DNA of 64,000 bases from Acidobacteriota bacterium (GTDB lineage: Bacteria; Acidobacteriota; CAIWXX01). The stretch lies in the NCBI GenBank assembly GCA_040755995.1, contig JBFMAF010000008.1, forward strand, positions 1 to 64,000. The letters run 5' to 3'. Below are positions 31,002 through 40,932 of this stretch, piece after piece; the stretch's first letter is position 1, and every line of letters begins with the position of its first letter. The notes under the pieces were generated by a model, which was not told the origin of the DNA, did not search any database, and worked only from the letters and a program-made list of their open reading frames with translations. A program made the position numbers and the translations under genes.

Positions 31002-32510
31002 ATGAGCATGCGCGCTCTATACACTGCGTCTACTTCTCGAATCCCTTGCGGACATACGACGCGCTGTATAGGAACGACCCTTTCATTTGCCATCGCCTAC
31101 CTTCTCCTGAATCCGTCTTTGCATGCGCGGGCGCCGCTCCGGGACGACCCAGCCGCTGAGATCGACGCCCTCTTCAAGGAATACGACAACCAGAATTCGC
31201 CCGGCGCGGCGATCGTCGTCGTTCGCGATGGAAATGTCATTTTCAAGAATGCATACGGTTCGGCCGACCTGGAGCACGGGTTTCCGATCACATCCGGCAC
31301 AGTGTTTCATGTCGGCTCTGTGTCGAAGCAGTTTACGGCTTTCTCCGTCCTTCTGCTCGAGCAGCAGGGCAAATTGTCCTTGGACGACGACGTCAGAGAA
31401 TACCTGCCCGAGGTGCCGGACTTCGGCAAGGTGATCACGCTGAGACACCTGCTCCATCATCAGAGCGGTCTTCGGGAGCAAGAGACGCTCTTTCAAATGT
31501 CCGGGATCTCGACGGCCGACGTTGTTGAGACGGCGCACATACTGAAGCTGGTCGGCCGGCAACGGGAGCTCGATTTCGATCCCGGAGAGAACATCAGCTA
31601 CAGCAATACCGGCTATGTCCTGCTGGCGCAAGTCGTGGAGAAGGTGACCGGCGTATCGTTCAGAAAATGGACTCAAGAAGACCTCTTCGCTCGGCTGTCC
31701 ATGAAGGACAGTCAATTCAACGACAACGCCGCAAGAGTCGTGAGAAATCGCGCTTGTCCGTACTATATCGACGACGGAGGCGATATCCAAAAGGGGATTC
31801 TCAGCTACTTCTTCGTTGGTTCCACCGGACTGCAGACGACCGCGGATGACATGGCCAAATGGCTCAGCAATTCCGCCCGACCCAAGGTGGGAAACCAGAC
31901 CATCACCCAGAAGATGCTCTTCGAGTCCGGCAGGCTCAAGAGCGGCGAGGATCCAGGTTACGGGTACGGGATGGGCGTGTTGAGATACCGCGGACTGCGT
32001 GTCGCATGGCACAGCGGGCACGACGCCGGGTACAGGGCTCTTACGGCTTATGTTCCAGACGAGAAATTCGGCGTAGCGGTCCTGAGCAACTTCTATTCGA
32101 TAGATCCTTCGAGCCTGGGGAAGAAGATAGTGAGCATCTATCTTTCCGATTCGCTGTCTCCCGAACCACTCAAACCCTCAACGCCCGAGGCAGCGGAACA
32201 TAGTGCCGAGCCGGAGAAACCGTTCGCGGTCGACCAGAAGATGCTGGTTGAATGCGCTGGCGACTACATTAGCGAGGAGTTGGACACCACATACCATTTG
32301 CTTGTGGTCGACGGCGCACTGGTGATTCGGCACTGGAGAAATGAAGACGTGCGGTTGAGGCCAAAGGGCCCGGACCTGTTTGCAGGGGATCGGGAGTGGG
32401 CGGAGACGGTCCGATTCCTGAGAGACGCCCAATACGGAATAACCGGTTTTAGGCTGACCGCCGGCCGGGTGAGGAGCATTCTGTTCAAGCGGTTGGCGCA
32501 ACATCGATAG
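31002..32510 (+). CDS. Serine hydrolase, class C beta-lactamase/D-aminopeptidase family
   Basis: GGAGG RBS; FHVGSVSK (SxxK), LLHHQSG, YSN, HSG; small C-terminal beta domain. Confidence 0.9.
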   Translation: MSMRALYTASTSRIPCGHTTRCIGTTLSFAIAYLLLNPSLHARAPLRDDPAAEIDALFKEYDNQNSPGAAIVVVRDGNVIFKNAYGSADLEHGFPITSGTVFHVGSVSKQFTAFSVLLLEQQGKLSLDDDVREYLPEVPDFGKVITLRHLLHHQSGLREQETLFQMSGISTADVVETAHILKLVGRQRELDFDPGENISYSNTGYVLLAQVVEKVTGVSFRKWTQEDLFARLSMKDSQFNDNAARVVRNRACPYYIDDGGDIQKGILSYFFVGSTGLQTTADDMAKWLSNSARPKVGNQTITQKMLFESGRLKSGEDPGYGYGMGVLRYRGLRVAWHSGHDAGYRALTAYVPDEKFGVAVLSNFYSIDPSSLGKKIVSIYLSDSLSPEPLKPSTPEAAEHSAEPEKPFAVDQKMLVECAGDYISEELDTTYHLLVVDGALVIRHWRNEDVRLRPKGPDLFAGDREWAETVRFLRDAQYGITGFRLTAGRVRSILFKRLAQHR

Positions 32511-33028
32511 CCGGCGTGAGATGCATAGTAGCAGGGATTCCGGGACGGTGCCCGGACTGATGCCGTTGGAGGAATGCTGGAGCGTGAGGCCGGCATCGGG
32601 TCGGTACTCACGGCTAACGCGGTGCGTCGATTGAATGCCAGTCTTCAGGCACATCGAAAAGGTACATGAGTCGCTGAATCAATGCGCCGGATGTTCTCTC
32701 GCTTGTCGCTTGCCACACTGATCGACTCGAATCACAAAGACGGCCACGTCAGCGGACATGGCCGGCACGAGGCACTCGACCAAGAGAGGCGTGGAGGGGA
32801 GCAAAGGGGAAATGACGCATCGCGTCTGGCCCCCCCGCTCGCGGGAACCCGCGGTAGCGTTTCCTCCCGGCCACCCGGAGCCGATTCCATACGTTTGGAG
32901 GGAATATTGTGCTGTTGCCCTTCGCCCGACGTATTCATGAGTAGCGGATGGAACGCCATGTTCTTAGCCGGGAAGGAAACGCCGCCGAGCTCTTCAGCGG
33001 TAGCCTGCTGGCCCGGCCGAGGTTCTTC

Positions 33029-34564
33029 ATGATCAAGCGCAGAATTTCTTTCTACCTTCTCGCGTGCGGATTGGGGGCGCTCCTTGGGTCGGCTTCGTAT
33101 ACCGCTGAGAACAGCGGGCATCTCGCCTCAGGGCGCAACGCCGTCGGGTTCAAGCTCATCGTCGCCGCCGATCCCACCCGGTCCTATCCGGCCGCCGCCG
33201 GAACCTCGGTTCAAGACCGTCCGATGCGGGTCTATCTCTGGTACCCGGCCGTCCCGGATCAGGGGAAGCCGCTGACGATCGGCGACTTCGTCCGGTGGGC
33301 GGGGGAGGATTTCGGCGAGACAACCCGCGGCCGACCAGCGGGGGAGCCGGCCCTTCCAGTCCCCTTGAAGCGAGGGCTTGAAGCGGAGGATATCGGCCCG
33401 CTCTTGGCCCGACCGCTGAGATCGCATCTCGGCCCGTCCGCCGCTTCCGGAGAGTTTCCGCTTCTCGTCTTCGGACAGGGGCTCTATTATGAATCCCCGC
33501 TTTCGAACGCCGTGCTTTGCGAATATCTGGCCAGCCGCGGCTTCATTGTTGCGACCTGTCCCCTAGTCGGGACGCGATACCGCCTGACGAACTTGAACGC
33601 CGAAGACCTCGAGACGCAGGTCCGGGACCTGGAATTCGTCCTGGCCGAGGCTCGCGCGGCTTTCCCCGGAAGAACCGCCCGCTTAGGTGTTGTCGGCTAT
33701 GACCTCGGGGGTATGGCCGGCCTGCTCCTCGCCATGCACCGCCCCGAAATCGCGGCTTTTCTTTCGATCGATTCCGGCATTCACATTCCCCATCCCTCCG
33801 GCCTGCCAGGGGCCCATCCGAGCTACAGGGAGGAGTGCTTTACCATCCCCTGGATGCACGTAACCCAGGCCCGGTTCCTGGAAGCCGCCCGGACCGAGAA
33901 GCCGGAGGCGACCCTCAGCGGTCGCAGGAAATACGGCGACAGCTGGATGGTCGGTCTGCCGACGGTCAATCACGGCGGTTTCACCTCATACGCCACGTTT
34001 GGAATCCGCAATCCGGTTCGGGGATACTGGGAGGGATTCGGCGACGAGGCGCGGAATGTCCATGATGCGATGTGCCGCCTGGCTGGGGATTTCTTCGAAG
34101 CGACTCTGAAAGACGCCCCAGCCGCGCTGTCCTTGTGGACATGCGGGACAGACGCCGCCGGCCGGGGAGGGCTGGAGGTCGAATTTCTCAGGGGAGCCGC
34201 CGCCCCGGAATCGTCGCGGTCCCTGCTCCGCCGGATCATGGAGGCCGGGTTGGATGCGGTCCGTCCCGACATCGACCGAATCCGGGCGGCGAATCCCGGG
34301 GCCGAGATTCTGAACGGGCAAGAACTCAGGTGGCTGGCCTACCATTTCCTGCTGTGGTGGGGAAGGGAAAAGGAGGCCCTGGATGCCTTCCAGCTGAACG
34401 TGGAATTGCATCCGAAATCGGCGGAGGCCTGGGCCGGCCTCGGCGAGGCCTGTCTCCTCAGCGGCGAGAACGAAGAGGCCATCACTTCTTTCCGCAAAGC
34501 CCTGGAGCTCAATCCGGATCTTCCAAACGTCAAGGCGGCCCTCGAAGCCTTGACGAAGAAATGA
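33029..34564 (+). CDS. Secreted alpha/beta hydrolase (dienelactone hydrolase/PAF-AH-like) with C-terminal TPR
   Basis: LWYPA, FPLLVFGQG, YLASRGFIV, elbow GYDLGG, NHGGF; TPR (AWAGLGEAC..FRKALELNP). Start codon uncertain. Confidence 0.8.
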   Translation: MIKRRISFYLLACGLGALLGSASYTAENSGHLASGRNAVGFKLIVAADPTRSYPAAAGTSVQDRPMRVYLWYPAVPDQGKPLTIGDFVRWAGEDFGETTRGRPAGEPALPVPLKRGLEAEDIGPLLARPLRSHLGPSAASGEFPLLVFGQGLYYESPLSNAVLCEYLASRGFIVATCPLVGTRYRLTNLNAEDLETQVRDLEFVLAEARAAFPGRTARLGVVGYDLGGMAGLLLAMHRPEIAAFLSIDSGIHIPHPSGLPGAHPSYREECFTIPWMHVTQARFLEAARTEKPEATLSGRRKYGDSWMVGLPTVNHGGFTSYATFGIRNPVRGYWEGFGDEARNVHDAMCRLAGDFFEATLKDAPAALSLWTCGTDAAGRGGLEVEFLRGAAAPESSRSLLRRIMEAGLDAVRPDIDRIRAANPGAEILNGQELRWLAYHFLLWWGREKEALDAFQLNVELHPKSAEAWAGLGEACLLSGENEEAITSFRKALELNPDLPNVKAALEALTKK

Positions 34565-34565
34565 C

Positions 34566-35591
34566 ATGGACAGCCTTCGGCGCGTCTTCCGGACGGGTTG
34601 CTCAGAAGCCGGTATTCCCCTTGCCCTGGCGTTCGTTCTCCTATGCACAGCCGGCCCGAGTCCGGGCGCGAGGCCGATCGCCCAGGCCTTTGACCTCACG
34701 GCGCCGCCTGCTGTCCCGGCGATCTTCGCCCCCGGGGTCGTTTCGCTCGGCCATCATGAACACCATCTCTCCCTTTCTCCCGACGGCCGGACGTTGCTTT
34801 TCGTCATGGCTGACAAACACCGGAAGCACCATGTCATCGTCGAAATGAACCGGATCGGGGACGGATGGACAGAGCCCGAGGTCGCGGCGTTTTCCGGGAT
34901 GTTCTCCGATTTCGCTCCGGCCTACTCCCCGGACGGAATGTATCTCCTGTTTTGCTCGGACCGGCCGACGGCCGATGAGGAGGATCAACCGGGCGACGTC
35001 AATATCTGGAAGGTCGTCCGGGACGGGAGGAAATGGGGGACGCCCGAGCCCCTGCCCTCTCCGGTCAACGATGAGTCGCCCGAATACAATCCGTCGGTGG
35101 CCGCTTCAGGAAACATCTATTTCCAGGACCACGACGCGGGCGGGGCGGATCTCTATCTGGTCCGGCGGACGGAGAGCGGCTACGGATTTCCCGAGAAGCT
35201 CCCGGCGGAAATCAATTCGCCCTATCCGGAAATCGGCCCCTGGATCAGCCCCGATGAGACGCTGCTTCTCTTTTCCTCCGAACGGCCCGGAGGCAGGGGC
35301 GGGATGGATATGTATCTTTCCCGCCGGACACCTAATGGTCCCTGGTCGCCAGCCGTGAATCTCGGGCTCCCCGTCAATACGCCTTTCGGCGAGGCGATCC
35401 CGACGCTTTCGCCCGACGGACGCGCCCTCTTTTACGTGGGCTTCCAGGGGCTGGACCCGGCCGAATTGCGAGGAAGAGGCTATGGGGACTTGATCCGTTT
35501 GCTCGCCTCTCCCCGGAACGGGGACGGGACACTGTATTGGGTGGATTTCGGAAGAGCGTGCGGTGCCCCGGAGGTGAGAAAGGAGGAATGA
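34566..35591 (+). CDS. TolB-like/PD40 beta-propeller protein
   Basis: Repeats LSPDGRTLLF, YSPDGMYLLFCSDRP, ISPDETLLLFSSERPGG, VNLGLPVNT. Confidence 0.85.
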   Translation: MDSLRRVFRTGCSEAGIPLALAFVLLCTAGPSPGARPIAQAFDLTAPPAVPAIFAPGVVSLGHHEHHLSLSPDGRTLLFVMADKHRKHHVIVEMNRIGDGWTEPEVAAFSGMFSDFAPAYSPDGMYLLFCSDRPTADEEDQPGDVNIWKVVRDGRKWGTPEPLPSPVNDESPEYNPSVAASGNIYFQDHDAGGADLYLVRRTESGYGFPEKLPAEINSPYPEIGPWISPDETLLLFSSERPGGRGGMDMYLSRRTPNGPWSPAVNLGLPVNTPFGEAIPTLSPDGRALFYVGFQGLDPAELRGRGYGDLIRLLASPRNGDGTLYWVDFGRACGAPEVRKEE

Positions 35592-35794
35592 ACGTTTCTG
35601 TACTCGCCACATTATCATCGCAAGCAAAGGGATATCGAGGCCCGTTCGACGGCCCGCGAGATCAGGATAAGGACAGGAGCAGACGGGCGAGGCCTGGCCC
35701 TGTCCGGCGAGAGGGAAAAGGAGCCGTTGGGAGGCGGAATGTGATCTTTCCCCGTGATGCGCGCGTCATGGGAGGAGATGAAAGGAGAATGGCC

Positions 35795-37582
35795 ATGATG
35801 CGGTTCGTTCTTTCGTTCCTCTCTTTTCTCACGGCCGCGGCCGTCTTCGGCTCCGGGACCCCGGCCGTCGATTTCTCCGGCCGTTGGATCGTCAATCTCG
35901 AAGAGACCGGCATTCCGGGCCTCCCCGTCTTTGTCCTCGCGTTCGTGCAAAGCGCCGATTCGATCGAGGTGTCCTCCTATTTCCCGGGTGAGGAAGAAAC
36001 GCCCGGGCGGACTATGGTCCTGCCGCTTGATGGACGAGAGGTCACCTACGCCGACCGGACCGGCAAGGCCCTGCCCTGTTCCGCTTCGCTTTCTGGCGGC
36101 GAGCTCCGGATCCGCTACCAAAGCGAGCAGGTGAGAAAGGGGAAGAAGGTCGTTCTACAGATCGAGGAGGATCACACGATAGCCGATGACGGCCGGTCGA
36201 TGAGCGTCGTTCATCGGGAAGGCCCTCCGGGCGCGCTCGGGGCATATCCCCGGCCGATCGTCCTCGACCGTTATGAAGGCGCTTTGAAGGCGCCGGGAGC
36301 GGCAGCTGCGGCCGTCCGCTCCGACATGCCCTTGCGGGCGGATGTCCTCGGCTCGATCGACGCGGAAACCGACGCCCTCCTCCGCCGACTGGTCGCCGAG
36401 GGAGGAGTTCCCTCGGCTTCGGCGGCGGTCATCTCAAACGGAAAGCTTGTCTGGGCGGCTAATTACAACGGTCCGGCCGGGTTGCTGACACGCTATTCCG
36501 TCGGCTCGATCACCAAGCCATTCACCGCGGTCGCCCTCCTCCAGCTTCTCGAGCGGGACCTGCTAGACCTGGACGCGGATGTCGGCCGCTATCTGCCCTT
36601 CAAGGTCCGCCATCCCCAGTATCCGGACGTTCCGATCACGACGCGGATGCTTCTGACCCACCAGTCCGGCTTGAACCGCGAGACGCAGGCCTTTGTCAAG
36701 TATTCGACGTTCATGGACCGCGACCTTGTCACCTTCGGCGCCCGGCTCGGCGTCGAACTCCCTCACTTCGAGAGGCAGCCGTCCGCGGAGGAGTTCTACG
36801 GCGGACTCCTCACCCCCGGCGGGACATATTTCACCCCCGACGTGTGGGCAGACAAGCCGGGCACTCTGATGTATTCGAACGCGGCTTTCGGTTTGCTGAC
36901 GTATCTCGTGGAGCGCCTCACCGGAGAAACGTTCGAAGCATACGTCGAGAAGCACATCTTCGCCCCCCTGGCCATGAACGAATCGAGCTTCAGCAAGACC
37001 GCGCATCCGGAGCGGAACGCCCCGCCGTGCGAGCGGGCCGTCGGCCCGGCCCTCTCAGTCCTCGGGCGGTCCGTCCCTCTCAACGAATCCATGAAAGCGG
37101 TCGTTCGGGAAGATGCCCTGACTTTCCCCATGTACAACGTCGCTCCGGGGCCGGTGGGGGTGCGGGCGACGGCCGCCGATCTGGCCAAGTTTCTGGCAGT
37201 CCACATGAACGCCGGCCTGGCCGCCGACGGCCGCCGGCTTCTCAAGAAATCGACGATCGACATGATGCATGCGGTCGCTGCCCCGGCTTCGGGAGCGGCC
37301 ATCGATGTCTTTCCCCTAATCGGCCACGGCATGGGATGGACGGTTTGCACCGAAGGTGTGGCCGGTCATATCGGCGGCCAGCTCGGATATACCTCGGCCA
37401 TGATCCTCAAGAAGACGGAACGCGGCTTCGCCGGCTTCATTCTCTTGATCAACTATGCACGGCGGCTGGATCCGGATTCCCGGGCCAACATGGCCTGGTC
37501 CAAGACATACTACACCCCCCTCGAACAGCGGCTCCTGGACGCGGCCGGAGCTTATCCGTCCGCGCCGAAGGTGAGAGAATAG
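35795..37582 (+). CDS. Secreted serine hydrolase (class C beta-lactamase family) with an extra N-terminal beta domain
   Basis: AAGGAG RBS; signal peptide; SVGSITK, LLTHQSG, YSN, GHIGG. Confidence 0.85.
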   Translation: MMRFVLSFLSFLTAAAVFGSGTPAVDFSGRWIVNLEETGIPGLPVFVLAFVQSADSIEVSSYFPGEEETPGRTMVLPLDGREVTYADRTGKALPCSASLSGGELRIRYQSEQVRKGKKVVLQIEEDHTIADDGRSMSVVHREGPPGALGAYPRPIVLDRYEGALKAPGAAAAAVRSDMPLRADVLGSIDAETDALLRRLVAEGGVPSASAAVISNGKLVWAANYNGPAGLLTRYSVGSITKPFTAVALLQLLERDLLDLDADVGRYLPFKVRHPQYPDVPITTRMLLTHQSGLNRETQAFVKYSTFMDRDLVTFGARLGVELPHFERQPSAEEFYGGLLTPGGTYFTPDVWADKPGTLMYSNAAFGLLTYLVERLTGETFEAYVEKHIFAPLAMNESSFSKTAHPERNAPPCERAVGPALSVLGRSVPLNESMKAVVREDALTFPMYNVAPGPVGVRATAADLAKFLAVHMNAGLAADGRRLLKKSTIDMMHAVAAPASGAAIDVFPLIGHGMGWTVCTEGVAGHIGGQLGYTSAMILKKTERGFAGFILLINYARRLDPDSRANMAWSKTYYTPLEQRLLDAAGAYPSAPKVRE

Positions 37583-37592
37583 GAGTTCATGC

Positions 37593-38147
37593 ATGATCGC
37601 GAAAAAAGCGCTCTCCCTGGCGGTTCTCTTCCTGGCGGTGCTTTCGCCGGCCGTCGCGGCTCAAGCCCTCGACCCGAGGATGTCGGCCCTCGAGCCCCTC
37701 CTCCACAAGGAGTGGAAGGGGATGATGAAAGCCCCGGACGGCTCGACGGTGTGGGAAGTCGTCTGCCGTTTTGAGGCCGTCGGGTCCGGCCTGCTGGTCA
37801 AGTACGACCGGAGGACGACGGGCCGGGCCGATTTTGAAGAGGGCTATTTCTACTGGGACGACCCGGCCAAGAAGCTCGCCCTCTTCGCCGTGCACAGCGG
37901 CGGTTCCTTCCGGACCGGACTCGTCAAGGCCGAGAGCGGGGTTCTCACGATCGAGGGCAGGATGGCATGGCCGGTGGCGCCTCCAGATCCGCGGGTCAAG
38001 CAGTCTTATGATTTCCGGAACACCTTCACTCTCGTTTCCGAAACCGAGATGACAGACCGCTGGTTCCAGAACGCCTTCGGGCCGTGGCGTCCCGGGCACG
38101 AAATCGTCTTCAGGGGGGAGGTGAAAACCCCGGCTCGCCCGGATTGA
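37593..38147 (+). CDS. Secreted hypothetical protein (beta-barrel-like)
   Basis: AGGAG RBS, signal peptide ending AVAAQA, Trp/Gly-rich strands. Confidence 0.75.
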   Translation: MIAKKALSLAVLFLAVLSPAVAAQALDPRMSALEPLLHKEWKGMMKAPDGSTVWEVVCRFEAVGSGLLVKYDRRTTGRADFEEGYFYWDDPAKKLALFAVHSGGSFRTGLVKAESGVLTIEGRMAWPVAPPDPRVKQSYDFRNTFTLVSETEMTDRWFQNAFGPWRPGHEIVFRGEVKTPARPD

Positions 38148-38197
38148 GGACGGTTTTTCTCCCGGGCGGCGGAATGGGGTATGATTCCCGGAGAGAG

Positions 38198-40015
38198 ATG
38201 AAACGCCATCCGCGGATTGCGGCCCTGGCTGTGCGGACGGCGGGCTTGCTCGCCCTCGGTGGATTCCTCCTGTCTTGCGCCCCGCTCTCCGCCGAAGCGG
38301 TTCAGGACCCTGGGGAGGACGCGCCTCCTCCGCTGATCAGCCTCACCAAATGGAACCTCAAGACCGGCGACGATCCGGCCTGGTCCCGTCCAGACTTCGA
38401 CGACTCCTCGTGGGGCCGGGTGGAGGTGGCTGGGCGCTTCGAGGGCCACGGGCTGTTCTGGCTGCGCGCCACCGTCGATGTGGCCGGGCCGTTTCCCGAT
38501 TCCGATCCGCCGATGATCTCCGTCTACAACCTGCCGTCGGCTTTTGAGGTGTACTGGGACGGGAGACTGGTCGGCCGGAACGGCCGCTGCGACTCCAGGC
38601 ACAGCGGGGAAATCCCGGGCCGGGTGAGGTTCGTCCTGATCCTCGGCACCAGCCAGGTTCAACCGGGAACGCATCTCCTTGCCCTTCGCGTTTCCAATTT
38701 CCACCTCAAGGGCAAGACCGTCGTCACCGGGATCGGCCTCGGTCCGCAGAGCGCCTTGGCCGGCTACATCGACCGCATGGTCGATCGTCGGTTGGTTTCG
38801 ATGGGTCTGTATTTCGTGGCCGCCCTTTGCGGCCTGTTCCTCTTCGTCGGGCGGAGGAAGAACACCGCCTTCCTGTTCTTCGGCGGATTCGCCCTCCTGT
38901 TTTTCCTCCACAGCCTCTGGATCTATCTCATCGAAAGAATGGGGCTCAGCCTTCCCCCATTTGCCGTGATCGAGATCCTCGTGATCTTCGGGATTCCCGC
39001 CGCCTTCGTCTTGCTGGACGCTTTCTTGCTCTGGCACCACGAATTCCGCCGCCGGTCGACGTATCTGGCCGTCCTGGCCGTGGCCATGGCCGGGGCGGCC
39101 CTCTGGGGTTCCGGTCTGGGCGATGTCCAGGCCCGGCTCATCGGCCTTCCGGTCGCTTTCGGCTTGGGCTTGGCCGTTGCCCTGGCAGTCCAGAGAAGGC
39201 GGGGATGGGGAATGGCGCTGGTCGGAACGGCGGTTCCCGCCGTCAACCATGTTGGGATCTTTTTCATCCCGGGGTTGCTACCGTTTCTGGAGAGTCTGCC
39301 GGGATTCGCTGAAATGGCCCTGACCGCGCTGGTTCTGGCGATGTTCATTGGGATCATCGCCCTTCGCATCCGCGATGAGAACCAGGCCCTTGAGATCCTG
39401 CGCGTCCGGTCCCAGCGGCTCGCGGCCGAGCTTCTGAAGAAGAGTATCCAGCCCCATTTCATCATGAACACCCTGCTGTCCGCGCAGTCCTGGTTCGGCC
39501 GGGACCCGGACAAGGCGGGACGGTTGATCGAGGCCCTGGCTGGAGAGTTCCGGATCATCAGCCGGATCGTTTCCGAGCCGGAGATCGACCTGGCCCAGGA
39601 AATCGCCCTGTGCAGGAGCCACCTTGAACTGATGGGATATCGGCGGGACGCGATCTACCGGCTGGTCGTCAACGGCGACGTCTCCAGCTTGAAGGTCCCT
39701 CCGATGCTCTTTCATACATTGATTGAAAACGGTTTGACCCACGCCTATGAAGCCCGGGAGAACGGGACGTTCATCCTGACCTGCGAAGAGAGGAACGGGA
39801 GCGTCGAACTCCGGCTGGAGAACGACGGGTCCCGGCTGTCTCGGATCTCGGAGATGCCAGGCGACAAACTGGAAGAAGGCTTGGGCTTGAAGTACATCCG
39901 GACGCGCCTGGAAGAGAGCTTTTCCGGCCAGTGGGAGCTGGAGTACGGGTTGAAGGAGTCCCTCTGGCGCGTCCGGATCGTCATTCGCGGAAGGATGGAG
40001 CGATGCGGGTCCTGA
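38198..40015 (+). CDS. LytS-like membrane sensor histidine kinase with N-terminal sugar-binding-like domain
   Basis: H-box IQPHFIMNTL, VPPMLFHTLIENGLTH, GLGLKYIRTRL; multiple TMs; N-domain GDDPAWSRPDFDDSSW. Confidence 0.9.
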   Translation: MKRHPRIAALAVRTAGLLALGGFLLSCAPLSAEAVQDPGEDAPPPLISLTKWNLKTGDDPAWSRPDFDDSSWGRVEVAGRFEGHGLFWLRATVDVAGPFPDSDPPMISVYNLPSAFEVYWDGRLVGRNGRCDSRHSGEIPGRVRFVLILGTSQVQPGTHLLALRVSNFHLKGKTVVTGIGLGPQSALAGYIDRMVDRRLVSMGLYFVAALCGLFLFVGRRKNTAFLFFGGFALLFFLHSLWIYLIERMGLSLPPFAVIEILVIFGIPAAFVLLDAFLLWHHEFRRRSTYLAVLAVAMAGAALWGSGLGDVQARLIGLPVAFGLGLAVALAVQRRRGWGMALVGTAVPAVNHVGIFFIPGLLPFLESLPGFAEMALTALVLAMFIGIIALRIRDENQALEILRVRSQRLAAELLKKSIQPHFIMNTLLSAQSWFGRDPDKAGRLIEALAGEFRIISRIVSEPEIDLAQEIALCRSHLELMGYRRDAIYRLVVNGDVSSLKVPPMLFHTLIENGLTHAYEARENGTFILTCEERNGSVELRLENDGSRLSRISEMPGDKLEEGLGLKYIRTRLEESFSGQWELEYGLKESLWRVRIVIRGRMERCGS

Positions 40016-40931
40016 TCGTGGAAGACGAGCCTCCGATCGCGGATTACATCGAGGAGAGCATCCGCGCGGTCCTTGGGGCCGAGCTCAAGGACGTGGAGAC
40101 GGCCTATTCGCTCGATGATGCAGTGGGCCTCCTCGCGCAGAAGAAGATCGACGTCTGCTTCTTGGACCTCAACCTCAGCGGCCGGGACGGCTATGAAATA
40201 CTGGAACGGGCCATGTCCCGGCCGTTCCATACGATCATCATTTCCGCCCACACCGAGCAGGCCGCTCGCGCATTCGAGTACGGCGTCGTCGACTTCGTTC
40301 CCAAGCCCTTCAGCCGGGAGCGGCTGCGCCAGGCCCTCGACCGCTGTCTCAGCCTCCAGAGAAGCCCGTCCCCGGCGAGGTTTCTGACTTTCCGGAAGAA
40401 CAACCGGAACGGCCTCCTGCCGGTCGGGGAGATCCTCCTGTTGAAGGCCACGCGCTACCTGGTCGAGGTCTGGATGAAGGACGGCCGCCGCGAGCTGATC
40501 GAGAAGCCCTTGAACCGCCTGCAAAAGATCCTTCCCGAATCATTCGCCCGGATCCACCGGACGTATATCGTCAACCTGGATCAGGTCGAATCGTACAGGC
40601 ATCTCGGAGGGAGCCGTTATGCGATACGGTTGAAGAACGGCGACATCCTCCCGATGAGCCGCCATCGGCTCCGGGAACTCAAGCGCGTGTTCGGGAAGGA
40701 TTGTCCGGGACGGATTTGATCAGATGGTTCGTTGACAGTGACGGTCACCTGATCATGAAGTTCCCAAGTGAGACTCGTAAGATCAGGCCAGTGGGATCTG
40801 CTCGTCGAACGCCTGATCGATGATTGCGTTCGACACCACCCCATGTTCGCCGGACGACAGTCCGCACCTCGGCGGCGTGGAGCCGGCTCCGCTGCAGGCG
40901 CCGGGGATGATGTCGAGGACCAACTGCTTCC
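39081..40931 (+). repeat. Source of a diverged direct repeat (39081-39399 and 40526-40931 are copied at 45402-46119)
   Basis: Colinear near-identity at offsets 6321 and 5188, with scattered substitutions. Confidence 0.93.
40003..40719 (+). CDS. LytTR-family response regulator
   Basis: Receiver IVEDE/FLDLNL/PKP; LytTR FARIHRTYIVN; overlaps the kinase stop. Confidence 0.93.
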   Translation: MRVLIVEDEPPIADYIEESIRAVLGAELKDVETAYSLDDAVGLLAQKKIDVCFLDLNLSGRDGYEILERAMSRPFHTIIISAHTEQAARAFEYGVVDFVPKPFSRERLRQALDRCLSLQRSPSPARFLTFRKNNRNGLLPVGEILLLKATRYLVEVWMKDGRRELIEKPLNRLQKILPESFARIHRTYIVNLDQVESYRHLGGSRYAIRLKNGDILPMSRHRLRELKRVFGKDCPGRI

Positions 40932-40932
40932 T

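Noticed and set aside
32511..33028. Gene or ncRNA in the 0.5-kb gap
   Set aside because: The short ORFs on both strands lack motifs or RBSs, and no recognisable RNA structure was found.
31002..37582. Calling the SxxK proteins true beta-lactam resistance genes
   Set aside because: The motifs are shared by the broad serine hydrolase/peptidase family, and activity cannot be inferred from sequence alone.
23997..38147. Integron cassette array explaining the co-oriented hydrolases
   Set aside because: No recurring attC-like RYYYAAC...GTTRRRY hairpins were seen in the spacers, several genes nearly abut, and there is no integrase.
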